From positions 5,803 to 69,802 of the forward strand of contig JACAEX010000080.1 in the NCBI GenBank assembly GCA_013388635.1: DNA of 64,000 nt, read 5' to 3'. The stretch is from Syntrophaceae bacterium. GTDB lineage: Bacteria > Desulfobacterota > BSN033 > UBA1163. The position numbers and the translations under genes are program-made. Below the pieces are notes generated by a model. That model made no database searches. It was not told the DNA's origin and worked only from the letters and a program-made list of their open reading frames with translations. This document shows positions 44,355 through 53,176 of this stretch, piece after piece; the stretch's first letter is position 1, and each line of letters starts with the position of its first letter.

Positions 44355-45386
44355 ATGAAAGCGATTATTAAGGCAAGTCAGGAGGCAGGATCTCTTGAGG
44401 TCAAAGAGCTTCCCGTGCCAAAGCCGGGTCCGGGTGAAATCCTTGTCCAGATGAAGGCTGCGGGGATCTGTTACAGCGATGTGATGATCCTCACGAATAA
44501 GTATAAAGGGAGAGTGCCTGTTCCCATCCCGTTGATCATGGGACATGAGGGAGCAGGCGTGGTGGCAGAGGTGGGTCAAGGGGTGGGTCACGTTAAGCCT
44601 GGAGACAGAGTAGGACTCAATCCCCTGTGGGGCTGCGGGCAATGTGTAAACTGTCTGAACGGATTTCCGAACATGTGTATGCAGTGGAGACACCTTGGCA
44701 TCACCTGCGACGGGACGTTTGCCGAATACCGGGTGGTGCCTGATTTTGTCGCTTACAAATTGCCGGAAAGCATTTCGATGATCGATGCTGCATTTCTTGA
44801 GCCCATCAGCCTGACCGTCCGAACCCTCGAGCATGTGAGACCCATGGTAGGAGATACCGTGGCCATCATTGGCCCTGGGTCGATCGGCATGTTTCATCTC
44901 CAGGCCTTTAAGTCAGCCGGAGCTTCGGTCGTCATCGTGATCGGTCTTGATCAGGATGCGAAACGATTTGAGGTTGCGAAGAGGCTTGGGGCGGATTTGA
45001 TTGTCAACGGCAGCAAAGAGGATGTGGTGAAACGGGTCAAAGAGATTACAAACGGGGCAGGGGTGGATATCGTGGTGGAGACAGCCAATCATCCTTCAAC
45101 CGTTCCTCTTGCCATCAACCTGGCAGCCGCCAGAGGCCGTGTGGTTCTCTTCGGTCTCTATCCCGAGGCCACCATGAGTCCGCTCACCTTTTTGAGGAGT
45201 GGTCTAACCATGGCTGGAGATGTGGCAGTCGTTCCAAGACAGTTTCTCAGAGCCATCCGCTGGGTGGAACATAAGAAGGTGTTGGCTGAGCCGATGATTA
45301 GCCGACGGTTTAAGCTGGATCAGGCGAAAGAGGCATTCGAGGCTTTTTACCAGGGAGATATTGTAAAGGTGCCTTTTGAGATGTAG
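44355..45386 (+). CDS. zinc-dependent alcohol dehydrogenase (MDR family, threonine/sorbitol dehydrogenase-like)
   Basis: GHEGAG zinc site, GCGQCVNCLNG structural zinc Cys4, and GPGSIG NAD motif. Start at the internal ATG 44355 with an AGAGGGGG RBS. Confidence 0.85.
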   Translation: MKAIIKASQEAGSLEVKELPVPKPGPGEILVQMKAAGICYSDVMILTNKYKGRVPVPIPLIMGHEGAGVVAEVGQGVGHVKPGDRVGLNPLWGCGQCVNCLNGFPNMCMQWRHLGITCDGTFAEYRVVPDFVAYKLPESISMIDAAFLEPISLTVRTLEHVRPMVGDTVAIIGPGSIGMFHLQAFKSAGASVVIVIGLDQDAKRFEVAKRLGADLIVNGSKEDVVKRVKEITNGAGVDIVVETANHPSTVPLAINLAAARGRVVLFGLYPEATMSPLTFLRSGLTMAGDVAVVPRQFLRAIRWVEHKKVLAEPMISRRFKLDQAKEAFEAFYQGDIVKVPFEM

Positions 45387-45516
45387 GGGCTTTCCCAGAA
45401 AAAAGATTCCTCACTTTGCTTGGAAAGAGAAACGACCTCTCCCCGTCCGAGGCGAAGCTGAGGCAATCTACTTTGGGTATCAACCGGGGAGGGATTAAAG
45501 AAAGGAGGAAGGAGAG

Positions 45517-46548
45517 ATGAGAAGGTTTCAGTTGTTTTCAGGTATCATGGTCGGTCTGTTTGTCATAGCCTTGGCCATTGCGCCTGCTTGGGCGGCTCCC
45601 ATTGAGATCAAGTTTGGCCATGTCGATCCACCCGATGTCTGTACATCCAAAAAGGGAGCGGCCGGCGCAGCCTTTAAGAATATTGTGGAGGCTGAAACAG
45701 CGGGTGGCGTAGAGGTCAAGGTCTTTCCGGCCGGTCAGCTCGGCGGAGAGCGGGAGTTGATCGAGGCCACCAAACTTGGGACCATCCAGATGTGCATGGT
45801 CTCTGCGGCAATCGCAGGATATTATAAGGAAGCCCAGGTGCTGGATATTCCCTATCTCTTTTCTTCGGCTCCTGTTGCCTGGAAGGTGATGGATGGCCGG
45901 TTTGGAAAAGAGATGGCAGAGGACTGTCTGAAGAAGACAGGAATGCGAGTCCTGGCCTACGGAGAGACGGGGTTCAGGAACTTCACCACCTCGGTCCGGC
46001 TGATCAAATCGCCTGCCGACATGAAGGGCCTGAAAATCCGAGTCATGGAGAGCCCGGTCTATATCAATATGGTCAAGGCGCTTGGAGCTGCTCCCACTCC
46101 GATCGCCTGGCCTGAGACCTATACCGCTCTTCAACAGAAGGTCGTGGATGGCCAGGAGAATCCGGTTTCCGTGATCCTTTCCGTCAAATTTTTTGAGGTT
46201 CAAAAATACCTGACGCTCGATGGCCATTCCTACGGTGTGGATTTCATTCTGATCAACGATAAATTTTTCCAGGGCCTTCCCAAAGAGACCCAACATATCC
46301 TAAAGACAGCGGCCATCAATGCCGGCCTGATCGGAAGGGGGATTCAACAACTCAACTCAGCCATTGGGGTCTCCCAATTGAAAGAAAAGGGGATGGAGGT
46401 CTATTCTCCCAATCCCAAAGAAAGGGCGATGTTCCGGGAGGCAGCGCAGAAGCCGGTCATGGAGTACATCGAAAAGCAGATTGGAAAGGCCTGGATCGAT
46501 AAATTGATGAAGGCGGTAAAAGAGGCTGAGGCTGAATTGGCCAAGTGA
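45517..46548 (+). CDS. dctP: TRAP transporter substrate-binding protein DctP family (second system)
   Basis: 343 aa. Signal peptide, DctP family, with a strong AGGAGGAAGGAGAG RBS. Confidence 0.85.
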   Translation: MRRFQLFSGIMVGLFVIALAIAPAWAAPIEIKFGHVDPPDVCTSKKGAAGAAFKNIVEAETAGGVEVKVFPAGQLGGERELIEATKLGTIQMCMVSAAIAGYYKEAQVLDIPYLFSSAPVAWKVMDGRFGKEMAEDCLKKTGMRVLAYGETGFRNFTTSVRLIKSPADMKGLKIRVMESPVYINMVKALGAAPTPIAWPETYTALQQKVVDGQENPVSVILSVKFFEVQKYLTLDGHSYGVDFILINDKFFQGLPKETQHILKTAAINAGLIGRGIQQLNSAIGVSQLKEKGMEVYSPNPKERAMFREAAQKPVMEYIEKQIGKAWIDKLMKAVKEAEAELAK

Positions 46549-46623
46549 TCTGACGGAATCCCCCCGATCCCTCTCAACAAAGGAGGGGGAGGGGGGATTG
46601 AAACGAGGGGATTGTCTTTAGCC

Positions 46624-47133
46624 ATGGAGAAATTTCAAAACCGGATCCTCCGGGTCGAAGAGGGTTTACATGGGTTGATGAGGTGGACCCTTTTTCTGAT
46701 TACAGGGGCTATGACTGGGATCGTCCTCCTCGGGGTTCTCTTTCGGTATATCCTGAGAGCTCCACTTCCCTGGTCAGAGGAATTGGCCCGATATCTGATG
46801 GTATGGGGTGCCTCTCTTGGGGCCTCGGTCGCCTACCGGGAGGGAGCCCATATCGCGATCACCATCCTCGTTGATAAGTTCCACGGGATGACGGGTCGGG
46901 TGATCACATCGATCACTCAAATCATCGTCATTGTCTTTATGACCATCATCGTGTTCAAGGGGTTTGTTCTTGTTTTTGAGCTTTCAGGACAGACCTCTCC
47001 TGCGATGGAGATTCCCATGGCGTGGCCCTATTTGGCGATTCCCGTCGGTTGTCTCTTCATTCTCTTTGAGGCCGTCATCACCACGTTTTGGAAGGGCCAG
47101 CGTATGGGAAAGAAAGGGACGGAGCCCTTATGA
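46624..47133 (+). CDS. dctQ: TRAP transporter small permease DctQ family (second system)
   Basis: Start at ATG 46624 (MEKFQNRILRVEEGLHGLMRWTLFLITGA...). Four TM segments. ATGA overlap with dctM. Confidence 0.75.
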   Translation: MEKFQNRILRVEEGLHGLMRWTLFLITGAMTGIVLLGVLFRYILRAPLPWSEELARYLMVWGASLGASVAYREGAHIAITILVDKFHGMTGRVITSITQIIVIVFMTIIVFKGFVLVFELSGQTSPAMEIPMAWPYLAIPVGCLFILFEAVITTFWKGQRMGKKGTEPL

Positions 47134-48413
47134 ATCTCCTGATCGCGATCAGCTTTTTCGTGTCTTTGGCGTTGGGGATTCCCATTGCCTTTGTGATGGG
47201 AATCAGCGCTTTGGCAGCCCTCTTTGCGCTGCCCAATGTGCCACTCCACCTGATCCCTCAGCGGCTCTTCACAGGCATGGACTCTTTTCCCATCATGGCC
47301 GTCCCCTTCTTTATCCTCGGTGGTGATCTGATGAACGCTGCAAAGATTACGGACCGGATTCTTGATTTTTCCAAGCTGCTGGTGGGGAGGATCCGGGGCG
47401 GGCTGGGCCATGTCAATATTGTGGGCAGCATGTTTTTTGCTGGGATCAGCGGTTCCGCAGTGGCGGATGCCTCATGTCTTGGGTCCATACTGATTCCGGC
47501 CATGCAAAAGGATGGTTATGAGGTTCATTACGCCTCTGCGATCACCGCGTCAGCAGCCATCATCGGTCCGATTATCCCTCCGAGCATTCCCATGGTGGTG
47601 CTTGCCCTGGTGGCGAACCTCTCCGTAGGGGCGCTCTTTTTAGGCGGGGTGCTGCCAGGGGTTTTTATCGGGCTGGGATTGATGGCGGTGAACTATGTGA
47701 TCTCAAGAAGAAGAGATTATGCGAGGGTTAACCAACCCCTGACGTTCAGGATATTTTTCAGTACCCTTATCGGCGCCATCATTCCTCTTCTGATGCCGCT
47801 GATCATCATGGGAGGAATTCTGAGCGGGGTTTTCACCCCTACGGAAGCGGCTTCCATTGCTGTGGCCTATGCCCTTTTTGTGGGGTTCTTCGTTCTTCGG
47901 ACCCTCACGCTGAAAGACCTTCCGAGGATCTTTTTCAGGAGCGCGGTCGCTACCAGCACGATCCTGATTGTGATGGCAATGGCCAATGCCTTCAGCTGGA
48001 TTCTGGCGACCCAGCAGATCCCTCAACAGGTTAGCCAGTTCATCTTTTCCATCTCCAGGGATCCTTATGTCATCCTTTTTCTGATCAATATCTTTCTCCT
48101 GATCGTGGGTTGTTTCCTGGAGGGGCTGGCCGCCATCATTCTGATCGTCCCGATCCTCATGCCTGTGGTGACACAGCTTGGAATCCACCCCATCCATTTT
48201 GCCCTGATCGTGGTGGTCAACCTGATGATCGGTCTCCTGACACCGCCCCTGGGGCTCTGCCTCTTTGTGGTCTGCGGTATTTCCAAGATAAAGCTCGGGC
48301 CCCTTTTTAAAGAGGTCGTCCCATTCCTGATCGTGGAGATCGTCATTCTATTCGTGATCACCTATATGCCCTGGTTTACGCTGACCCTTCCTCGCCTGTT
48401 TAAGCTTTTGTGA
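47130..48413 (+). CDS. dctM: TRAP transporter large permease DctM family (second system)
   Basis: Start at ATG 47130 (MNLLIAISFFVSLALGIPIAFVMG...). Paralogous to dctM at 3141. Confidence 0.85.
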   Translation: MNLLIAISFFVSLALGIPIAFVMGISALAALFALPNVPLHLIPQRLFTGMDSFPIMAVPFFILGGDLMNAAKITDRILDFSKLLVGRIRGGLGHVNIVGSMFFAGISGSAVADASCLGSILIPAMQKDGYEVHYASAITASAAIIGPIIPPSIPMVVLALVANLSVGALFLGGVLPGVFIGLGLMAVNYVISRRRDYARVNQPLTFRIFFSTLIGAIIPLLMPLIIMGGILSGVFTPTEAASIAVAYALFVGFFVLRTLTLKDLPRIFFRSAVATSTILIVMAMANAFSWILATQQIPQQVSQFIFSISRDPYVILFLINIFLLIVGCFLEGLAAIILIVPILMPVVTQLGIHPIHFALIVVVNLMIGLLTPPLGLCLFVVCGISKIKLGPLFKEVVPFLIVEIVILFVITYMPWFTLTLPRLFKLL

Positions 48414-48472
48414 CCCCTGTTTTACCGATTTCAGACTTGACAATCCTCCGGGATTCCTTTAGTTTTTAAAAA

Positions 48473-49078
48473 ATGAAAAACCGTCTCATCCTGGCCTCAA
48501 GGTCTCCCCGTCGATATGAGTTGCTCAAACAAATCGGTCTTGATTTCGATGTGATCCCGAGCGGGATCGAAGAGGACTTCGTTCCTGACGAGTCTCCCAG
48601 GGAACATGTGATTCGATTGGCAGAGGCAAAGGCCTTCGATGTAGGGAACCGATACCCTGACCGTTGGGTGATTGCCGCGGATACCATGGTCTATGTGGAT
48701 GGTGATGTCTTAGGAAAGCCGAAGACCATGGAAGAGGCCATGGAGATGTTGAAACGCCTCAGCGGAAGGGAACACCGGGTGTTGACCGGATTTTCTGTCC
48801 GGCACTTTGGGAAAGGGATCCGAGATCAGGAGGCGGTCGAGACGGCGGTGAGGGTGAAGGGCCTGACACCTGCTGAGATGGACTGGTATGTCCGGACAGG
48901 AGAGCCTTTTGATAAGGCAGGAGGTTATGCGATTCAAGGGATCGGATCCTTCATGATCGAGTCGATCCGGGGATCATACACCAATGTGGTGGGCCTTCCG
49001 GTCTGCGAGGTGATTCAGATGCTCAATCGCCTGGGGGCCCTGACCATTGCAGATTTCAGATTGCAGATTTCAGATTGA
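48473..49078 (+). CDS. maf: Maf-family nucleoside triphosphate pyrophosphatase
   Basis: LILASRSPRR...GKP...ADTVV-type Maf motifs (ILASRSPRRYELLKQIG; IAADTMVYVDGDVLGKP). Confidence 0.85.
   Translation: MKNRLILASRSPRRYELLKQIGLDFDVIPSGIEEDFVPDESPREHVIRLAEAKAFDVGNRYPDRWVIAADTMVYVDGDVLGKPKTMEEAMEMLKRLSGREHRVLTGFSVRHFGKGIRDQEAVETAVRVKGLTPAEMDWYVRTGEPFDKAGGYAIQGIGSFMIESIRGSYTNVVGLPVCEVIQMLNRLGALTIADFRLQISD
49049..49076 (+). repeat. 2 x 14-bp tandem repeat (GCAGATTTCAGATT; heptad AGATTNC x4) inside the maf 3' end
   Basis: The plus strand reads gcagatttcagatt gcagatttcagatt and encodes the Maf C-terminal IADFRLQISD. It ends at the yggS TTG start. Confidence 0.7.
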
Positions 49079-49761
49079 ATATGTCATCCATCAAAGAAAA
49101 TTATGTAAAAGTGATAGAGCGAGTGGAGAAGGCAGCGAAGAGATCGGGAAGAGATCCAAAGGAGATCAAGCTGGTTGCTGTCTCCAAGACGGTGGAGCCT
49201 GCTCGCATCAAAGAGGCCATCGAGGCCGGAGTCTCCATTCTTGGTGAGAACTACGTTCAGGAGGCGCAGAGGAAGATCGAGGAGATCGGTCGATCAGTCT
49301 CCTGGCATTTCATCGGACACCTTCAATCGAACAAGGCAAAGTATGCGGTCCGACTTTTTGATATGATACACTCTTTGGACAGTATCGCCCTGGCCGAGGA
49401 GTTGAACCGGAGAGCTGAAAGAGAAGGCAAGGTGATGGAAGTGATGATCGAGGTCAATCTCTCCGGAGAGGCCAGCAAATTTGGTGCGGAAGGTGAGAAG
49501 GCCTTGGACATCGCAAGAAGGGTTCTGGATCTTAAGAATCTTTCATTAGTGGGATTGATGACCATGCCACCCTACTTCGATTCGCCTGAGATGAGCAGGC
49601 CATACTTCATTCAACTTCGAGAGTTAAAGGAGAGGATGGCAGCGCAAGGCATCTCTCTAAGGGAGCTTTCCATGGGCATGTCGAATGACTTTGAAATCGC
49701 CATCGAAGAAGGGGCCACCTATGTGAGGGTGGGAACAGCGATCTTTGGACCACGAAGATGA
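49075..49761 (+). CDS. yggS: YggS-family pyridoxal-phosphate homeostasis protein
   Basis: PLP-binding lysine context (KLVAVSKT) and the alanine-racemase N-domain-like barrel. TTG start overlapping the maf stop. Confidence 0.85.
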   Translation: MNMSSIKENYVKVIERVEKAAKRSGRDPKEIKLVAVSKTVEPARIKEAIEAGVSILGENYVQEAQRKIEEIGRSVSWHFIGHLQSNKAKYAVRLFDMIHSLDSIALAEELNRRAEREGKVMEVMIEVNLSGEASKFGAEGEKALDIARRVLDLKNLSLVGLMTMPPYFDSPEMSRPYFIQLRELKERMAAQGISLRELSMGMSNDFEIAIEEGATYVRVGTAIFGPRR

Positions 49762-50837
49762 ACAAAAGAGTTCAAAGTTCAAAGTTCAAAGTTCGAAGTT
49801 TTAAGTCCCAATTGGGAAGTATCACCCTTCTTGGAATAGTATTGATGATATTAGGTGGTTGTGGTGTGAAGGGGCGGCCTGTTCCCTGGGAGACAGTTGT
49901 TCCCAAGAGGATCGTCGACCTTGAGGCCATTCCGCGGGATGGCCATCTTCTCTTGGAATGGACCTCTCCAAAGGAGAATACCGACAAATCACCTCTCGTT
50001 GATCTGGTCAAGTTTCAAATCTTCAGGTCAGAAGGGATTCTCGTCGAGGACGGATGCAAGGGATGTGGGGAGAGAAGGAGAGTGGTCTATGAGATGAAGT
50101 TGGAGGGGAAGGAGGAGATGAAGAGCAGAAGGATGTCCGTCCTGCTTGAGGATCATGAGGCGAGAAGGGTCTATGTCTACGAGGTGGTTTCCATCAACCG
50201 GCGAGGGCACCCCAGTTCTCCCTCCAATCCGGTTTGGGTCTATTGGGATCATCCACCCGAACCACCGAAGATGTTGAAAGGAGAAGGAGGAGATAAGAGG
50301 GTGGACCTCTCATGGGAAGCCGTGGAGGAGGCAACAGGGTATAACGTTTACAGAAGGTTGGCGGACGAGGCCTTTCCGACCAGGCCTCTCAACAGAGAGC
50401 CTCTGACTGTGACCGGGTATACAGATCTCAATGTGGAGAATGAAAAGCAGTATATCTATTCCGTCAGGGCATTGAGACGGGTGGTCAAGACCGATGTTGA
50501 AGGAAAGGGGTCTCCTGACCTTCCGGTCACCCCTGTGGATCTCGTTCCACCCAGCGCTCCTCTGGGCCTTACGGCCATCCCTGTCAAAAATGGGATAGAG
50601 CTGAGCTGGAACAGGAATCGAGAGCCGGACCTGTTGGGTTATTACGTTTACCGGAGAAAGTCAGGGGAGAGGGACTTCAAGAGATTGCATGAGACTCCTC
50701 TGGAGAAGGAGGCCTACTTTGACACTCAGGTTGAGTTGGAGCAGAATTATGACTATGCGGTGACGGCAGTGGATAACTCGGCCCGAAGAAACGAAAGCCC
50801 ATTGTCTGAGGAAGTGAGAGTGAAATATATCTATTGA
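49758..50837 (+). CDS. lipoprotein with three fibronectin-type-III-like repeats
   Basis: Lipobox LGGCG. There are three repeats of about 100 aa, each with LxW...GYxVYR...PL...Y.D........Y.Y.V.A.D..G..S. Confidence 0.6.
   Translation: MNKRVQSSKFKVRSFKSQLGSITLLGIVLMILGGCGVKGRPVPWETVVPKRIVDLEAIPRDGHLLLEWTSPKENTDKSPLVDLVKFQIFRSEGILVEDGCKGCGERRRVVYEMKLEGKEEMKSRRMSVLLEDHEARRVYVYEVVSINRRGHPSSPSNPVWVYWDHPPEPPKMLKGEGGDKRVDLSWEAVEEATGYNVYRRLADEAFPTRPLNREPLTVTGYTDLNVENEKQYIYSVRALRRVVKTDVEGKGSPDLPVTPVDLVPPSAPLGLTAIPVKNGIELSWNRNREPDLLGYYVYRRKSGERDFKRLHETPLEKEAYFDTQVELEQNYDYAVTAVDNSARRNESPLSEEVRVKYIY
49769..49800 (+). repeat. heptad tandem repeat (AGTTCAA)x4.5 at the 5' end of the lipoprotein gene
   Basis: The plus strand reads agttcaa agttcaa agttcaa agttcga agtt and encodes KFKVRSFKS near the N-terminus. 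Confidence 0.7.
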
Positions 50838-50840
50838 TCG

Positions 50841-50917
50841 CAGATTTCAGATTTAAGATTTCAAATTGAGGTTTCTATCTTTTCAATCTGAAATTTGAAA
50901 TTTGAAATCTGAAATTT
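50841..50917 (+). repeat. large imperfect palindrome built from ATTTCAA/AGATTTC heptads between the lipoprotein gene and lysA
   Basis: The left arm cagatttcagatttaagatttcaaatt and the right arm aatctgaaatttgaaatttgaaatctgaaattt are near reverse complements, separated by about 17 nt. The structure ends 16 nt before the lysA ATG. Confidence 0.6.
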
Positions 50918-50932
50918 CATGCGGAGGGAAGG

Positions 50933-52189
50933 ATGCATTTTTTTGAATATCAGGACCATCAGCTTCATTGTGAGGGGGTTCCGGTTGAAGCGATCGCTGA
51001 GAAGGTGGGGACCCCTTTCTATCTTTACAGTTACCATACTCTGGTGAGGCATTTTACCGTCTTTGATAAGGCCTTCGATGGAATTCCTCATTTAGTCTGC
51101 TATTCTGCCAAGGCCAATTCCAATCTGGCACTTCTCCGTCTCTTCGTCAACCTCGGAGGGGGTGTCGATATCGTCTCCGGAGGGGAGCTCTACCGGGCCC
51201 TTCAAGCCGGGGCCGATCCGCAAAAGATCGTCTTTTCGGGAGTGGGGAAGAGGCCCGACGAGATCGAGTACGGCCTGAGGGCAGGGATCCTCATGTTCAA
51301 TGTAGAATCTTCCCAGGAGCTCCAGGCGCTCGACGAGGTGGCCGGTCGCATCGGAAAAAAGGCGAGCATTTCGATCCGGGTCAACCCTGACATCGATCCT
51401 AAAACCCATCCCTATATCTCCACTGGACTGAAGCAGAATAAATTTGGGATCGATATCCTCCGGGCGCCGATGGCTTATCGCATGGCCACGCAGTTGCCGA
51501 ACCTGAAGATCGTAGGGATCGACTGCCATATCGGTTCGCAGCTGATCGAAGTGGAGCCGGTGATCGAGGCCCTGCGAAAGCTGAAACGGCTGGTCGAGGA
51601 TCTGAGAAAAGAGGGGATAGAAATCCGATACCTGGATTTAGGAGGGGGTCTCGGCATCACCTATGAGGATGAAGAGCCTCCCCATCCCACGGATTATGCG
51701 GCCAGTATCCTGGAAGAGATCAAAGGATTCGGTTGCACCCTGATCCTGGAACCGGGCCGGGTGATTGTGGGCAATGCGGGGATTCTGGTTTCAAAGGTCC
51801 TCTATATGAAAGAGAACGAGGAGAAGCAATTTGTCATTGTCGATGCGGGCATGAACGATCTGGTCCGGCCGAGCTACTATGGCTCCTATCATCAGATCCT
51901 TCCGGTGAAGGAGGAGGCACGGGAGGAGATCGTGGCAGACGTGGTCGGTCCGATCTGCGAGTCGAGCGACTTTTTGGCCAAGGGACGGAGGATGCCGAAG
52001 GTCAAACCCGGTGAGTTGATCGCTGTGATGAGCGCGGGCGCGTACGGGTTTTCCATGTCGACCAACTATAACTCGAGGCCGAGGGTGGCTGAGGTGATGG
52101 TTCGGGACGATCAGATGTATGTCATCCGGCGGAGAGAGGGTTATGAGGATCTGATTCGAGGAGAAGAGATACCGGAGTTCTTGCTCTGA
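50933..52189 (+). CDS. lysA: diaminopimelate decarboxylase
   Basis: 418 aa. Fold-III PLP decarboxylase motifs (YSAKANSN with the lysine; GGG; EPGR; SDF). Confidence 0.9.
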   Translation: MHFFEYQDHQLHCEGVPVEAIAEKVGTPFYLYSYHTLVRHFTVFDKAFDGIPHLVCYSAKANSNLALLRLFVNLGGGVDIVSGGELYRALQAGADPQKIVFSGVGKRPDEIEYGLRAGILMFNVESSQELQALDEVAGRIGKKASISIRVNPDIDPKTHPYISTGLKQNKFGIDILRAPMAYRMATQLPNLKIVGIDCHIGSQLIEVEPVIEALRKLKRLVEDLRKEGIEIRYLDLGGGLGITYEDEEPPHPTDYAASILEEIKGFGCTLILEPGRVIVGNAGILVSKVLYMKENEEKQFVIVDAGMNDLVRPSYYGSYHQILPVKEEAREEIVADVVGPICESSDFLAKGRRMPKVKPGELIAVMSAGAYGFSMSTNYNSRPRVAEVMVRDDQMYVIRRREGYEDLIRGEEIPEFLL

Positions 52190-52354
52190 AAATTCGAGGC
52201 ATCCCAAAGGGATCAATCCGAAACAAATCCAAATGACCCAAGCACTCAATTCGAAACGAAAAGCAGCAATGTTCAGGACATTTGGCCATTCGAATTTTAA
52301 ATTTGTTTCGAGTTTCGATATTCGAATTTCGGATTTTCAAAACCGGAGGTTTTG

Positions 52355-53176
52355 GTGAAGATTCCTTTCATGAAGATGAGCGGGAGCGGCAATGACTTCA
52401 TCCTGATCGATCATCGTATTCCGTTTCTCGGTCAGGACGAGATGAAAGGTTTTGCCTGCAAGGTCTGCCAGAGAAGAGTCTCTGTCGGTGCGGATGGCCT
52501 GATCCTGATCGAGAAATCGGAAAGGGCAGATTTCAGATGGCGGTTCTTCAATGCCGACGGAAGCGAGGCAGAGATGTGCGGCAACGGCGGCCGTTGCGCG
52601 GCCCGCTTTGCCAATTTGAAAGGGATCGCCGGGCCTTCGCTGACCTTTGAGACCCTGGCCGGGATCGTGTCTGCAGAAGTCAATGGAAAACGGGTAAAGC
52701 TGGAAATGACCAAACCCCACGGCCTGAAGCTGGACGAAAAGATTTCAATCGAAGGGAAGGATGTGATGCTCTCAAGCATCAACACCGGAGTCCCTCATGC
52801 TATCTTGTTCTTGAAAGATCTTGAACAGGTCGATGTGGTTCAAACGGGAAAGGCGATCCGATTCCATCCCCATTTCAAACCAGCTGGGACGAATGTGAAT
52901 TTTGTTCAGGTGGAGAATCCTTCCCGGCTTTCCATCCGGACTTATGAACGGGGAGTGGAGGATGAGACCCTGGCCTGTGGCACCGGTGCAGTGGCCTCGG
53001 CCCTGGTCTCTGCTTTTAAGGGATTGGTGAGCTCGCCGGTTTCGATCAGGACCCGGGGGGGCGAGATCCTCACGGTCTATTTTGAGATGGAAGACCGGGA
53101 CGTAAAGAGGGTCTTCTTTGAAGGAGATGTCCGTATCATTTATGAAGGTGAGATATGGGAGGAGGGGTACCGATGA
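52355..53176 (+). CDS. dapF: diaminopimelate epimerase
   Basis: N-terminal KMSGSGNDF, two catalytic Cys regions (GNGGRC; ACGTGAVA). The GTG at 52355 is 6 nt after GGAGG. The tracked TTG is at 52352, and an ATG at 52370 is also possible. Confidence 0.85.
   Translation: MKIPFMKMSGSGNDFILIDHRIPFLGQDEMKGFACKVCQRRVSVGADGLILIEKSERADFRWRFFNADGSEAEMCGNGGRCAARFANLKGIAGPSLTFETLAGIVSAEVNGKRVKLEMTKPHGLKLDEKISIEGKDVMLSSINTGVPHAILFLKDLEQVDVVQTGKAIRFHPHFKPAGTNVNFVQVENPSRLSIRTYERGVEDETLACGTGAVASALVSAFKGLVSSPVSIRTRGGEILTVYFEMEDRDVKRVFFEGDVRIIYEGEIWEEGYR

Noticed and set aside
45538-46296. 252-aa minus-strand ORF
   Set aside because: - It is antisense to the second dctP gene.
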